From contig OZ024740.1 of assembly GCA_964016885.1 (NCBI GenBank), positions 405,356,001 through 405,420,000 on the forward strand: 64,000 nt of DNA, read 5' to 3'. This stretch comes from Eledone cirrhosa (taxonomy: Eukaryota). Position 1 is the first letter of the stretch. Each line of letters begins with the position of its first letter. Below, one piece after another: positions 11,798 to 26,610 of the stretch. Made by a program: the position numbers and the translations under genes. The notes below the pieces were generated by a model. That model searched no databases. It was given only the letters and a program-made list of their open reading frames with translations, and had not been told where the DNA came from.

Positions 11798-14700
11798 CAT
11801 CATCATCATCACCGTTTTACGTCCGTTCTTCCACGCCAGCATGGGTTAGACGGGTTGTCCTGTTGTGTGCAGTGTCTGGTCGGCTGACCATGCCTTGCTC
11901 ATAAAGGAACTGATCTGGCTTGATTTCTACAGCTGGATGCCCTTCCTAACACCAACCTCATTTACAGTGAGTGCTGGGTGCTTTTTCGTGGTGCCTACAC
12001 GTCCACTTTACAGTGTGGGCTGGGTGCTTTTTTGCCGTGGCACCTCCACGACCACCTTGCGGTGGAGGGTGTGGGGGCATATTGTTTATATGCTTCAGCA
12101 TGTACCCATGGGAGGTCGAGTACTTTGTATTACTGCGTGACGCCAGAAGTCACGGTCGTGTGTCATTGTCTTTGAGAGGTGTAATTGGGTAAGGTCGGCT
12201 TTTATCACCTCATCCCAGGTCATCTTGGGTCTCCCCACTCTGCGGTTTCCATCAACTTCTAGTGCTCTGCACCTTTTTATGCAGCTGTCATCCTTCATAC
12301 GCATCACATGTCCATACCAGCGCAACCGCCTCTCCTGCACACAGCATTTGATTCCTCTTATGCTCAGTCTCTCTCTCAATTCATTTATGCTTTGTCGTTC
12401 ACGTATATTACTGTTACACATCCATCGGAGCATGCAGGCTTCGTTTCTCTCTAATCTACGTAAGTCTTCCACCTTCAGCGCCCAGGTCTCACTACCATGC
12501 AACATCGCTGTTCGGATACACGCATCATACAGTCTGCCTTTCATTCTGAGGGAGAAGCCTTTTGCAGCTAGCAGTGGTAGTAGTTCCCTAAACTTCTTCC
12601 ATCCCGTTCTTACCCTAGTTATTGTACTTTCTGAACACCCACCTCCGTTGCTTATTCGGTCACCTAGGTAGCAGAAGCTGTCTACTGTTTTTACAGAGCC
12701 CTCCCAGAGATTGGTGGTACTTGTTTCCTGTGGCTGTTTGCTGCTAGCTGTTTCAGCACAGCTGCTGCATGTGAATCCTACATTCTTAATTAAGCTTCCT
12801 GAGATCCCGCTACATCTCTTGTGTACCCATTGTTTGCATTTGGGGCAGAGAATGGAGTTCCTACCTACACCTTTCCTACATACTGAGCAAGGCCATTTCC
12901 CTGAGGGGATCTGGGTTCTGTTTTCTCATCTACTTACAAGGACCTTAGTCTTTGTCATGTTGACTTTGAGACCCTTTCTCTCTAGTCCCTGCTTCCAGGT
13001 TTAGAATTTATTCTCTAGTTCTATCATAGATTCAGCTATGAGTGCGAGGTCATCAGCATACAGGAGTTCCCATGGGCATCCGGTCTTAAATTCCTCCGTT
13101 ATTGCCTGCAGGACTATGATGAACAGGAGAGGGCTAAGAACAGAGCCCTGGTGGACCCCAACCTGTACGCTAAATTCCTCGCTATACTCATTGCTAATCC
13201 TAACTTTGCTGACTGCTCCCCTATACATGGCTTGTACCGCTTTCACAAGCCATTCATCTACTCCTAGTTTTCTAAGAGCCCACCAGATTACAGCACGTTG
13301 AACTCTGTCAAAGGCTTTCTCAAGGTCGACAAATGCCAAGTAGAGTGGCTTACTTTTAGCTAGGTACTTTTCCTGTAATTGCCTCACAAGGAAGAGGGCA
13401 TCAGTGGTGCCTCTTCCTGGTACAAACCCAAATTGCATCTCGTCTATATTCACCCGGTCCCTAATCAGCTGTGCTATATCTCTTTCTGTTACTTTCATGA
13501 CCTGGTCCATCAACTTTATACCTCTATAGTTTCCTCTATCTAGTGCGTCGCCTTTGCCTTTGTAGCAGTTGACAATGATGCTACTGCACCAATCTTTTGG
13601 TATGGCCCCTTCTAGTATTACCTGGTTAACGATACGTGTGGTTATAGTGTGACCTACAGACCCAGATGCCTTCAGCATCTCGGCAGCTATACCCGATGGA
13701 CCGGTTGCCTTCCCCATCTTCATATCTCTGATTGCCTTACTTACTACGCTGCCGCTGACTTGTACTGCTGGTCCCTCTATAGGGTCTACTTGGGGTAGGG
13801 TCTCTTCTTCCCATGCATTCTCCTCATTTAGTAATCTATCATACTGAGTCTTCCATGCATCTTTCTTCTCAGCACTTGAGGGCAAGCTCACCTTTATCAT
13901 TCCGGATACACTTCTCTCCAATGACATCACAACTATCTCTGACACACTGCCTCGCAATCTTGAATACCTCCTGTTTCTGGTCCTCACGTAAAACATGCTT
14001 GAATTTTCTATCCTCTGCTTCCCTCCTAGCTAAGTATACTTGTCGCCTAGCTTCCCTCTTGGTCTCTATGTAATGTACCCTGCTCCCCCCGTTCTTCCAT
14101 TCTTTCCATGCCTGTCTCTTGGCCTTGACTGCTTCATCTACCTTATTGTTCCACCACCAAGTCACTCTCCTCCTGCTTGAGGTCTTACTCCAGCCACAGA
14201 CCTCGTCCGTCGCCTCTAGTAAATTATTTTTTAGGAACTCCCAGTTCTCTTCTACATTAAATGTCTCTATCTGTTCTTCTTTACTGTCGTAGGCGTTGAG
14301 TAAAATATCTTTAAATCTGTTACTGGTTGAGGGGACTTTCAGCTTCCAGATCTTTCTTCTCCAGGTTGGCCTCTGTTTCAGGGCTCGTCTAGTTCTGACC
14401 GTGAGGTCGCTGACAACTAAGCTATGTTGGGATGTACATTCCTCACTAGGCTTTTGTGTTTACGACCGTCCATCTGTCACGTCCTCTGATGAGGATAAAA
14501 TCTAACTGACTAGAGTGCTCCCCTGATCTATAGGTGTTCAGGTGGTTGTCGGGTTTTTTAAAGTTTGTGTTACATATCGACATGTCATTGGCGTCGCAGA
14601 ATTCTAGAAGTCTGAATCCTTCCTCATTCCTTGTGCCAACTCCATGGCCTCCATGTACTCTATTGAAGCCGTCGCAGTGTTTACCTACGTGTCCGTTAAA

Positions 14701-15735
14701 ATCTCCTGCGATGATTAGGATGTCCTTGTTGTCTGTTAGAGCAGTAGTGTGTATTAGGGACTCGTAAAACCTATCCTTATGTTCGTCTGGCAGCCCCGAT
14801 TGGGGTGCGTAAGCTGATATTATTGTGGTAATTGTCTTATTCAGGACTAGTCTGAATTTAATGATTCTTGCATTTACCCTGTACACTGAGATTACTTTAT
14901 CTACCCACTTGTCAGCTAATAGTATACCTACACCACTCATCCCATCGTCATTTCCCACCCAGAAAAATTTGTAGCACTGACTTTTTCCTACAAGGACTCT
15001 AGCAGACTCTCCTCTCCATCTAGTCTCTTGCACACAGCATACATCAACTTCCTTTCGCTCTAGCATTTCTACGATTTCTCCTGCTCTTCCTTTCATTGAG
15101 CCTACATTGATGGTACCAACTCGGAGTTTTGGGCATTTGTCGACACTCGTAGGGGAGGGTCTCTGGGTTGGCGCTTCACGTGGGTGCTTGGTAGCTCGCA
15201 GATTCATATTTCATCTATTGATTCAGAGTTGCTCAAATGTATTCTCAGCTCATCCATCCATAACGGTGGGAAAATTGAGGGCTAGAAGAACAGTGGTGGT
15301 GGGGTAATGGCAGGGTGTGTTGGGCTGCGCCAGAGGAGGAGAGAGTTAGTTAGGTAGGTAGTAGCAGCAGCAGCAGCAGCAGCGGAAATGGCATGCTGAG
15401 GTTTGATTTGTCGAATAGTGTGTGGGGGTGGGTGGGAGGGAAATTGTGAGGTGGGCACTGAGGGCCGCATGGTAAATAACCGAGAGAGATACGATAGAAT
15501 TAGAATACCGCATGGTAAATATCCGAAGTTAAAACAGCAGTAATATTAACAATAGTAACGTCATAGGAACTAAGATACCTTCGAAAATTTATCAATAATA
15601 CAGCAGAAAAACAGTAGTAATATTATCAATAATAAAGCAGAAAAACAGTAGTAATATTATCAATAATACAGCAGAAAAACAGTAGTAATATTAACAATAA
15701 TAGCATCATAAAACTAACTAAGATACCTTCGAAGA
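11798..15735 (-). mobile_element. RTE LINE family B, near full-length with frameshifts and stops
   Basis: EN fragment 14446-15207, RT fragments 13001-14165 and 12095-12544, (GAT)n tail; 5' UTR contains ~34-bp tandem repeats (15530-15705). Confidence 0.92.
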
Positions 15736-15744
15736 TTTGTATGG

Positions 15745-18332
15745 ATGGGTGGCCGGAACGAAATGAAATCAACTCTAATGATACATTTTAGCAGATAAGG
15801 GAAAAGGGTCTTATCTCTCCAATAGTTCCAAGATGAATGAAGTTGAATAGGTAGAGATAGTAATCCTAGAGAGAGGCATAGGTGTTGAGGTAGCCGGGTT
15901 TGTAGACAATGTCAAATTGATGTTCTGATAGTTCTAAACGCCAGCGAGATATTTTATCATTTTTGATTCGTGATTTATTACTCGAAAAAATGAAGGCTAC
16001 TGATTTTTGGTCAGTCCGTATAATCGTATGAAAACACTTCACGTATTGCAACCATCTTCGTACAGCTTCAATAATAGCCATAGCTTCTCGCTCCACAGTT
16101 GATTGTCTTTTCTCAGACGGTGTAAGTGTTCTCGACAGGAAGGCCACGGGCCGTTCGTTTTGAGAAAGTATAGCTCCGATTGCATCGCCAGACGCATCTG
16201 TTTCTATTACCAATGCGTGGCCAGTTTTAAGAGGAATGCTAAGAGCGGCATTAGAGATATCTGCTTTCATGGCTTGTATTACATCTGTAGCTACTTTATT
16301 CAGCAGAAACGAATCAGCTTGTAATAGTGGTTGGATTTTCTTCGAGTAATCGGCAATCCACCTAGCATTATAGGCTAGGAATCCAAGGAATCGTTTCAGT
16401 TGTTGTTTGTTTGTTGGGATTGGGTAGTCTAGTAGGGTTTTGATGCGTTCCTTATTGGGTTTTTTTACTCCGTTCTGAATGTTATAACCTAGTATAGATA
16501 TACTCGTTTGGCAGATTTTACTCTTATCCGAGTTAAGAGTTAGGTTTTCTGTCTTCACGGCGTTTAAGAATGCTTCCACATTTCTATCATGTTCAGCTTT
16601 GGTATTTCCCGTGACTATGACGTTGTCAATATAGCCATAGGTTTTGAGTAAGTTATATTTCTCTATAATTTGATCCATAATTCTCTGAAAAACAGGTACA
16701 GCGTTAGTCACGCCGAAGGGTAAGCAGCAGAATTGGTAGAGTTTGTGATTAGCCTGAAATGCCGTTAGAGGTTTGTCGATTTTTCTTAAAGGTACTTGGT
16801 GATACGCTGATTTGAGGTCGAATTCTGAAAAATATTTATCCTGTACCACTTTGTTAACAACATCCTCAATGTCGGGGGATGGATAGGCATCCAATTGTGT
16901 ATACTTATTAATTGTCTGGGAGTAGTCTACCACGAGTCGAGGTTTCTTTCCGTGTACTATGAAGCACTGAGCTCGCCAAGGTGAAATTGATTCCTCAATG
17001 ATACCGGCTTCTAGGAGGCGAGTTATTTCGGACTTAATAAAATTGTCGTCTCTCTTGTTAATGAAACGTCCCTTAGTGGCAATCGGCTTGATATTTGTCT
17101 CGGCTAAATCGTGGAAGACAAGAGGTGGATTAACTTCTATTGTCGGAAAAGTACGGCATAGTTGATTTGAAAATTTCATGGGAGGCCGGGCACCGCCAAG
17201 GTGGAGAATAATAGAGCTATGCTGAGTGAGGACATCCATTCCGATAATGACGTCTGCGACAAGACTTTTTGCAGTGATTAGGTTCACAGAGTATTCCTCA
17301 CTGTAGATACATATTGGTATGGATGTAGTACCAGTCGTCATTAATATTTTATTATCGGCTAGTGTGATTGCCCGCCTTTTCTTGTTTTACGCTCAAGTTT
17401 AATTCAGTTGCTATGCTATGACGTATAAACGAATCTGTGGAACCAGGATCGATTAAGGCCTTTAGTGTGGTGTCTTTTATAGTTATCGGGCAGAGAATAG
17501 CTTTAGACTGTTTGCCGGTATTTAATGAACATATAAGTGAGGCTGCTTGCTTACTGCTTTGGCAGTCAGATTTACAGACTGATTGCCAGTGGCCGATCTT
17601 CCCACAAGAATAGCATATGTCTTTTCTAGCTGGGCATTTATTTCTAGGATGCCTAGAAAGTCCACAAAAAAAGCATTTAAATTCACTTTGAGAATTAGCA
17701 TTTTTCAAGTATTTCAGAAGAGGTTGTTTTGATTTTGTAGCTGCTACGGTAGGTTCTTAAGAGGATGTAGTTGACAGTGTTGATGAATTCAGAGAGACGT
17801 CTAGGTTGAATGATTTAGTAAAATCACTGGATAGTTCTATTGCATTTGCCATTGCTATGCAGTCTTTTAGGTTTGCTTGAGTATTGTCCAGCTCTAGGAG
17901 ACGTGCTCGTATAGCGTCTGATTAGACTCCTGCTACTAGTGAATCCAGGATCAACATATCTCTGTGGTCTTTAGCTGTGATGGCTTTACAGTTACATTTT
18001 TCCACTAAAAGGTTGAGTCTTTTAATAAACTCTCGGACGGTTTCTTCTTGCTTTTGGCAGCATGTTAGGAGTTGATGTCTGGCATAGAGTATACGACTGG
18101 GGGCTAAGAATTGAGTATCCAGGGTGATTAGTGCTTCATTGAAGTTTTCTGTAGATTCGAGTAAACCAAATAGGTCGGCCCCAGCTTGTGAACGAAGGTA
18201 GGTCAATTTATGGTTGTCCTCTGCTATGCCGTTTATGAGTAGGGAATCCACAAAACACTTCCGCCACCATCGCCATTGCTCGGATGTGGGGTCATTTGGG
18301 AATGTTGGATGTGGAATTTTTAATTGAGCCAT
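15745..18332 (-). pseudogene. Ty3/Gypsy gag-pol (gag, zinc knuckle, protease, RT, RNase H, start of integrase), disrupted
   Basis: CYSCGKIGHWQSVC knuckle, ALIDPGS protease, VDYSQTIN/DLKSAYHQ/LPFG/YIDN RT, ETDASG..EREA..TDQK RNase H; breaks off near the integrase HH motif at the RTE-B 5' end. Confidence 0.92.
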
Positions 18333-18444
18333 TGGTATTGAGAATGTAGCAAGCTTTGAAGGTAGAGTAAGGGTGGAAACGAATACCACAAAACGTCTAG
18401 TCTCGGAACGAAACAGTTGTAACAAATATCATATTGAATAAAAT

Positions 18445-18615
18445 TGTTGTGCGTTCTAATATTGCAAAACTAAAGCTCCAATTCCAAGCTTTTATTCAAT
18501 ATCTAGAATATAAAAACAGTAATTAGTCTTGAAGAAATATAACAATAATATTTGTAAGAAAAGAAAGATATGCAATAAAACAAAGTTATATTGAGGATAG
18601 ATGAACTTCATAACA
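18445..18615 (-). mobile_element. 5' LTR of the Gypsy element (171 bp)
   Basis: On the minus strand it runs TGTTATG...CACAACA, contains AATAAA, abuts the (TA)n tract and lies ~110 bp upstream of the gag ATG. No second LTR in the window. Confidence 0.75.
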
Positions 18616-19577
<962 letters not shown>

Positions 19578-19677
19578 TATATATATATATATATATACGT
19601 GTGTGTATATATATATGTGTATATATATATATATATGTGTGTGTATATATATATATATGTGTATATATATATATATA

Positions 19678-19726
<49 letters not shown>

Positions 19727-19921
19727 ATATATATATATATATACGCGTGTATATATATATGTGTATATATATATATATACGTGTGTGTATATATATATGT
19801 GTATATATATATATATACGTGTGTGTGTATATCTATATATCTGTATGTATATATATATATACGTGTGTGTATATATATACGTGTGTGTGTATATATATAC
19901 GTCTGTGTGTATATATATATA

Positions 19922-19966
<45 letters not shown>

Positions 19967-20080
19967 CGTGTGTGTATATATATACGTGTGTGTGTGTATA
20001 TATATATGTGTATATATATATATACGTTTGTGTGTATATATATATATATGTGTATATATATGTGTGTATATATATATATA
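19578..20080. repeat. (TA)n/(TG)n microsatellite with ACGTG interruptions
   Basis: Directly visible. Confidence 0.95.
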
Positions 20081-21640
20081 TCATCATCATCATTTTACGT
20101 CCGCTTTTCCCTGCTTGCAGGGGTGGGACGGGTCTTATTCAGCACAGCATCTCTCCACTCGTCACGGTCCCCCGTCATCTCCACCGTGAGCTTCAATGAT
20201 CTGAGGTCTGTTCTCACCACCTCCGCCCATGATTTTCGAGGTCTACCTCTACCACGTCTTCCTTCAACTGGCATTTCCTGGCACTTCTTCACCCATGCGC
20301 ATCACATGACCATACCACCTCAGTCTCCTCTCCCGTACACTACATTCTATCCCTCTCAGACACAGTTTCTCTCTCAACACATTTATGGGTCGTTCACGCA
20401 CATTTACACTGCGCATCCAACGGAGCATGCTTGCCTCATTTCTCTCCAGCCGTCACATATCCTCTGCAGTTGCTGCCCATGTCTCACTACCATGCAGCAT
20501 CGCACTCCTCACACAGGCATCATACAACCGACCTTTCGTACGCAGGGAGAAACCCTTCTTCGTCAACAGAGGAAGCAGCTCCCTAAACTTCTTCCAGCCC
20601 GTCTTTATTCTAGATACGATGGCTTTGGAACACCCTCCTCCCATGCTAATCGGATCTCCTAAGTACCGGAAGCTATCCACCACTTCTATAGCACCCTCCT
20701 GCATTTGAAAAATGTGTCTATCAATGCGACTTCTAGTGTCTAATTTCCATGTACATCTACTGCATACATATTTCTCCCTACCTGTTAGTTTGCCTGCTAC
20801 ACCGCTACATCTCTTGTGTACCCAGGATCTGCATTGTGTGCATTTTATAGAATTTATGCCAGTTCCTTTTCTGCATCTCGAACATGGCCATTTACCTGAC
20901 GGAATCAGGGTGTTGTCCTCTTTTCTACTCATCAACACTTTTGTCTTAGCTAGATTCACTCTCAGTCCTCTTGCTTCCAACTACTGTTTCCATAGCCAGA
21001 ATTTATTCTCTAGCTCCTCTACTGATTCTGCTATAAGAACCAGATCGTCAGCATAGAGAAGTTCCCATGGACAGCCAGTCTTAAACTCCTCTGTTATGGC
21101 TTGGAGGACTATAATGAACAAGAGCGGGCTGAGGACCGAACCTTGATGTACTCCTACATGTATCTGGAATTCCTCACTAAACTCCATTCCTACCCTGACT
21201 TTACTGAGAGTACCTCTGTACAAAGTTTGCACTGTCCTTACAAGCCATTCCTCAACACCTAGCTTCCTTAGGGACCACCAGATGACCGATCGGGGTACCC
21301 TATCAAAGGCCTTCTCTAGGTCAACAAAGGCTAAGTATAGTGGCTTATTTTTCTCTAAGAACCTCTCTTGCAATTGTCTCACCAAGAAGAGGGCATCTGT
21401 TGTACTCTTCCCAGGCACAAAACTAAACTGCATCTCATCTAGTTTGACCCTTTCTCTAATTAATTGTGCTAAAATCCTTTCTGCCACTTTCATAACCTGA
21501 TCTATCAGTTTTATACCCCTATAATTGCTCTTCTCCAGAGCATCCCCTTTACCTTTGTAGCAATTTATGAGAATACTGCTGCACCAGTCTTCGGGTTTGA
21601 CACCACCATATATAGCCTAATTGATGACGCGTGCAACCAG
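20081..21640 (-). mobile_element. RTE LINE family C, second 5'-truncated copy
   Basis: Near-identical to 3379-4952; RT plus PHD; stop at 20981-20983; (GAT)n tail. Confidence 0.93.
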
Positions 21641-21702
21641 TGTATATATATATATATATATACGTGTGTATATATATGTGTATATATATACGTGTGTGTA
21701 TA

Positions 21703-21749
<47 letters not shown>

Positions 21750-22078
21750 GTGTGTGTATATATATGTGTATATATATATGTGTATATATATATATGTGTG
21801 TGTATATATATGTGTGTATATATATATATATACGTGTGTGTATATATATGTGTATATATATATATACGTGTGTATATATACGTGTGTATATATATATGTG
21901 TGTATATATATATATATACGTGTGTATATATATATGTGTATATATATATATATATACGTGTGTATATATATATATGTGTATATATATATATATATATACG
22001 TGTGTATATATATATGTGTATATATATATATATATACGTGTGTGTATATATGTGTATATATATATATATATATACATG

Positions 22079-22120
<42 letters not shown>

Positions 22121-22233
22121 CATGTGTGTGTGTGTATATATATATATACATGTATATATATATATACATGTATGTATATATATATGTGTGTATATATATA
22201 TATACACGTGTGTATATATATATATATATACAC

Positions 22234-22269
<36 letters not shown>

Positions 22270-22624
22270 GTGTATATATATATATATATACACACATATA
22301 TATATACATGTGTGTGTATATATATATGCGTATATATATATATATATATATACACGTGTGTATATATATATGTGTATATATATATATATACACGTATGTG
22401 TATATATATATGTGTATATATATATACGTGTGTGTATATATATATGTGTAAATATATATATATATATACGTGTGTGTATATATACGTGTATATGTGTATA
22501 TATATATACACGTGTATATATATATATATATATATATACGTGTGTGTATATATATATGTGTATATATATACACGTGTGTATATATATATGTGTATATATA
22601 TATATATACACGTGTGTGTTTATA

Positions 22625-22656
<32 letters not shown>

Positions 22657-22800
22657 CGTGTGTGTATATATATATGTGTATATATATATATATATACGTG
22701 TGTATATATATATATATATATACACGTGTGTGTATATATATATGTATATATATATATATACGTGTGTATATATATATATATACACGTGTGTGTATATATA

Positions 22801-22839
<39 letters not shown>

Positions 22840-22959
22840 GCGTGTGTATATATATATGTGTATATATATATATATATATACGCGTGTGTATATATATATG
22901 TGTATATATATATATATATATACATGTGTGTATATATATGTGTGTGTATATATATATAT
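21641..22959. repeat. 1.3-kb compound (TA)n/(TG)n microsatellite rich in ACGTG/CACGTG
   Basis: Directly visible. Confidence 0.97.
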
Positions 22960-23155
22960 TGCACTCAGTACTCCTTTGGGAGCCCCTACATGGACACACT
23001 AGAAGAGGAAGACCAAGGTTAACATATGTTGATGCCCTAAGGACAGACACTGGTCTGTTGGAGATGCAGGACATGGCAGCGATAATGAGGGACAGAGACC
23101 GCAGGAGAGAACTCGATGATGGATCTCGGGAATTTTACCCGCCTTAGATAGATAA
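22960..23155 (+). mobile_element. 3' end of a different RTE-like LINE with a short (TAGA)n tail
   Basis: [28 protein letters not shown]...RDRD C-terminus, stop at 23145-23147, then atagataaata. Confidence 0.7.
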
Positions 23156-23190
23156 ATATATATATACGTGTGTGTATATATATATATGTG

Positions 23191-23225
<35 letters not shown>

Positions 23226-23485
23226 GTGTGTGTGTGTACATATATATGTGTATATATATATATGTGTATATATATATATATATATACGTGTGTGTGTATA
23301 TATATATGTGTGTATATATATATGTATACATGTGTGTCTATATATATATATGTGTGTATATATATATATATATATGTGTGTATATATATATATATATATG
23401 TGTATATATATATATGTGTATATATATATATATGTGTATATATATATATATATATACGTGTGTGTATATATATATGTATATATAT

Positions 23486-23829
23486 GGAGGTACATGGCTT
23501 AGTGGTTAGAGCATTGTCCTTGCAATCGAAAGGTTGTGAGTTCAATTCTCGTACCGGGTGATATGTTGTTTCCTTGAGCAAGACACTTTATTTCACATTG
23601 CTCCTGTTTACTCAGCTGTAGAAATGAGATGATAGTGACTGGGGTCCCTATCATTCCACTGTAAAGTGGACCTGTAGGCGCCACGGCAAAAAAGCACCCA
23701 GCACTCACTGTAAATGAGGTTGGTGTTAGGAAAGGCATCCAGCTGTAGAAATCAAGCCAGAATCTGTTCCCGTCCCACCCTTGCAAGCAGGGAAAAGCGG
23801 ATGTAAAATGAAATGACGATGATGATGAT
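23486..23829 (+). mobile_element. tRNA-derived SINE with CORE-like body and RTE-type 3' tail
   Basis: A box TGGCTTAGTGG, B box GAGTTCAATTC, tccttgagcaagacacttta body; tail matches the RTE-B 3' UTR and RTE-C terminus; ends in (GAT)n. Confidence 0.8.
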
Positions 23830-23852
23830 ATATATATACGTGTGTGTATATA

Positions 23853-23926
<74 letters not shown>

Positions 23927-24038
23927 CGTGTGTGTATATATATATATGTGTATATATATGTGTGAGTGTATATATATATATATATATATATATATGTGAG
24001 TGTATATATATATACATATATATATATATATGTGAGTG

Positions 24039-24075
<37 letters not shown>

Positions 24076-24655
24076 ATATATATATATATATATACGTGTG
24101 TGTGTGTGTATATATATATATACATATGTGTGTCTTCAAGATACTAAATTCCAGGCAACATTTTACAAATAACAATTGATTGTCAATAATATTCTCCTAG
24201 CTATCATAAAAAGAAGGAATGGTCCTTCAAACAGTTCCAATTTACAAATCTTTGATTGATAACAGGTTTAAAATTTAGAGATTCGTTGAATGCTAGAATA
24301 AAATTTGATTTTAGTTTTAATATAATTGTACACTTTTCTTGCCAAATTTGTGCTTTTTGTTTGCTTTGCTTAAACTATATATTCTTGGTATTTGGCAATT
24401 TAAATCTTCCTGTAGATCTTGCAGTATATGCACTAACTACACACTTGCTATTACAGTATTTTGTGTGAGTTTACTGTTACCAAAAATGTTGTTAATTATA
24501 TAAACTAGGCAGCGGAGTTGAACAATAGAAGTACAGAATTGAATAAATTTTGTTTAGTTCCCCTGAATTTAAATCCTGTTAAAGGCACTTTTTCTTTTCA
24601 GTCCTTTGAGGTTGATAAAGCATGTACCAGCCTATATTGAGGCCAGTTGAATCGA

Positions 24656-24656
<1 letters not shown>

Positions 24657-24739
<83 letters not shown>

Positions 24740-24740
24740 T
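24657..24740. repeat. (CA)n followed by (CTTT)n
   Basis: Directly visible. Confidence 0.95.
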
Positions 24741-25157
24741 GCACATACGTATGCTTCATATTTAAAAGAAATATCATTTATCATATATACTAATAGACAA
24801 GATTTTTACTAAAAAATAAAATTAGGTCCAAAAAGGTGCATGCCACTAATCTACTGAACTTGGCTCTTATTTTAAATAATAAAGCCAGAATATTATAAAC
24901 ACAAACGAGATGTTATTTAAGAGATTGAAATATTTAAACAAAACCTTTACTGTTATCTCTGATATTATGCAAGAGGCATTGGTAGATATGGTGAAAGAGA
25001 ATCTAGGAACAACAAATAAGTAGTTTCAAAATTATAGTTGTACCGAAGTAATTTTATAAAGATATTATTTGATACTTGTTTGTTTTGTTGTTGTTTTTTG
25101 CCACACTTTAGTTAATGCTGGTATTTTAATAAAATACATTATTACAATGATTCTTAT

Positions 25158-25355
25158 GGTGGTGGGTGAAGTGGCAGTATCGGTAGAGGGTCTGACGCCA
25201 TGCTTTGCAGCATAGAGTTACGGCCCTTATCATTCTGTGTTCAAATCCCGCCGAGGTTAACTTTGCCTTTCATCCTTACAGGGTCGATAAAATAAAGTAC
25301 CAGTAATACACTGGGATAATTGCTGGCCTTGTGCCAAAAGTAGAAACAATTATTA
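25158..25355 (+). mobile_element. tRNA-derived SINE with Deu/Nin-like domain
   Basis: TGGCAGTATCGG and GTTCAAATCC boxes; gcctttcatccttacagggtcgataaaataaagtaccag core; multiple copies in the window. Confidence 0.78.
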
Positions 25356-26351
25356 CAATGATTCTTGATATATATTTGGAAATGAAAAGAAAAAAAAAAT
25401 TAAAATGGCAAAAAAATAATTTATTCAAGTTATTCACAGCACAACTATCTTGCACATGTACACAAATGCACATATCCAGAACTATATTTGTTAAATACCA
25501 ATTATCACTGTCCTCTCTTCTATTGTTCTTGGTCTGAGTTTCTTTTTATCCCCAACAAAAACCAACAAAAAAAGGTTATCATTCCCAATATTCCAATCTG
25601 AGATTTGAGAATAGCATGTAAATTCCTCTTTCCACTATGTTTACCTAAATATTTCATCTGTCTACCATGTTCTAATAATAAATTCTTCATTCCCATTTCA
25701 TGACATCTGAAAGCTCTGTAAACAATAGTACAAATAAAGCTACAACTGCCTGTCTAATGCCAGACACTATAACTCCTGTGCAATTTCTTAAGTGGTTAAT
25801 TAATTCCCATTGTTCTACATGTTGCAGAAATTTCTTTGAGTTAGAACCAACTTCTAACAACATATAATGAACCAATTTGTTTTTATAAGCATCTGTTGAT
25901 ATGTTGTAAGGATTATTTTCTCAGTAATTTTATACTGACTTCAATCTATATTCCCCCATTAAATATCATTAAAAAACCGCCTTCCTATTTCTACTCCTCT
26001 CAAACTTCTCATATACCTTCGACAGTCATTATACCTAAATATTCTCCTTGGTGCTTTGGTTTTCTTCTCATCTTTTCTTATACCCTGATCTTATCTTTCA
26101 ACCAAAAGAAAGAAAGAAAAAAAGGAAAAACATTGTCTCTTTGATGAAAGCATTGTATTTTTGTATCTTTGAAAGCAATTTTTCTCAATAAAATGTTGTT
26201 TGAGCTTGATTTTGTCTTTATTATCATTATTGTTTTTAATTAACATTTTTTTTATTGTTTACATCTTTTATTTATTGACACTTGTCTGTTGACTGATGGA
26301 AATCTTTCAATATATGTATGTATATATATATATATGTGTGGGTGTATATAT

Positions 26352-26572
26352 ATCATCATCGTCTATCTTCCATGCTAGCATGGGTTTAGGCGGGAATTGT
26401 CCCACTTGAGGCAAGATTGGTTGTCTTGCTCATATAGGACTGTCTGGCTGGTTTTCTATGGCTGGATGCCCTTCCTAACACCAACCATGTTTACAGTGTG
26501 AACTGGGAGGTTTTACCGTGTTACCTACACGGCCACATTACAGCGTAGACTGTGTGGGTTTTTTTGCCGTGA
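26352..26572 (-). mobile_element. RTE family A 3' UTR fragment (diverged)
   Basis: Similar to 26611-26850. Confidence 0.85.
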
Positions 26573-26610
26573 TATATATATATATTTATATATGTGGGTG
26601 TATATATATA

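Noticed and set aside
2317-14767. Plus-strand ORFs overlapping the LINEs
   Set aside because: Antisense shadows of RT/EN coding sequence with no independent motifs.
15530-15735. Short direct repeats resembling a CRISPR array
   Set aside because: Contiguous tandem repeats without unique spacers, in a LINE 5' UTR; eukaryotic context and no cas genes.
23486-23560. tRNA gene
   Set aside because: A/B boxes are present but there is no full cloverleaf, and it continues into a SINE body.
25687-25892. Coding-looking minus-strand ORF (..LVHYMLLEVGSNSKKF..MKWE*) after a CAG
   Set aside because: No recognisable domain, weak polypyrimidine tract and no partner exon. The kinase-KEN gene already terminates at 50974. 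An exon of another gene cannot be excluded.
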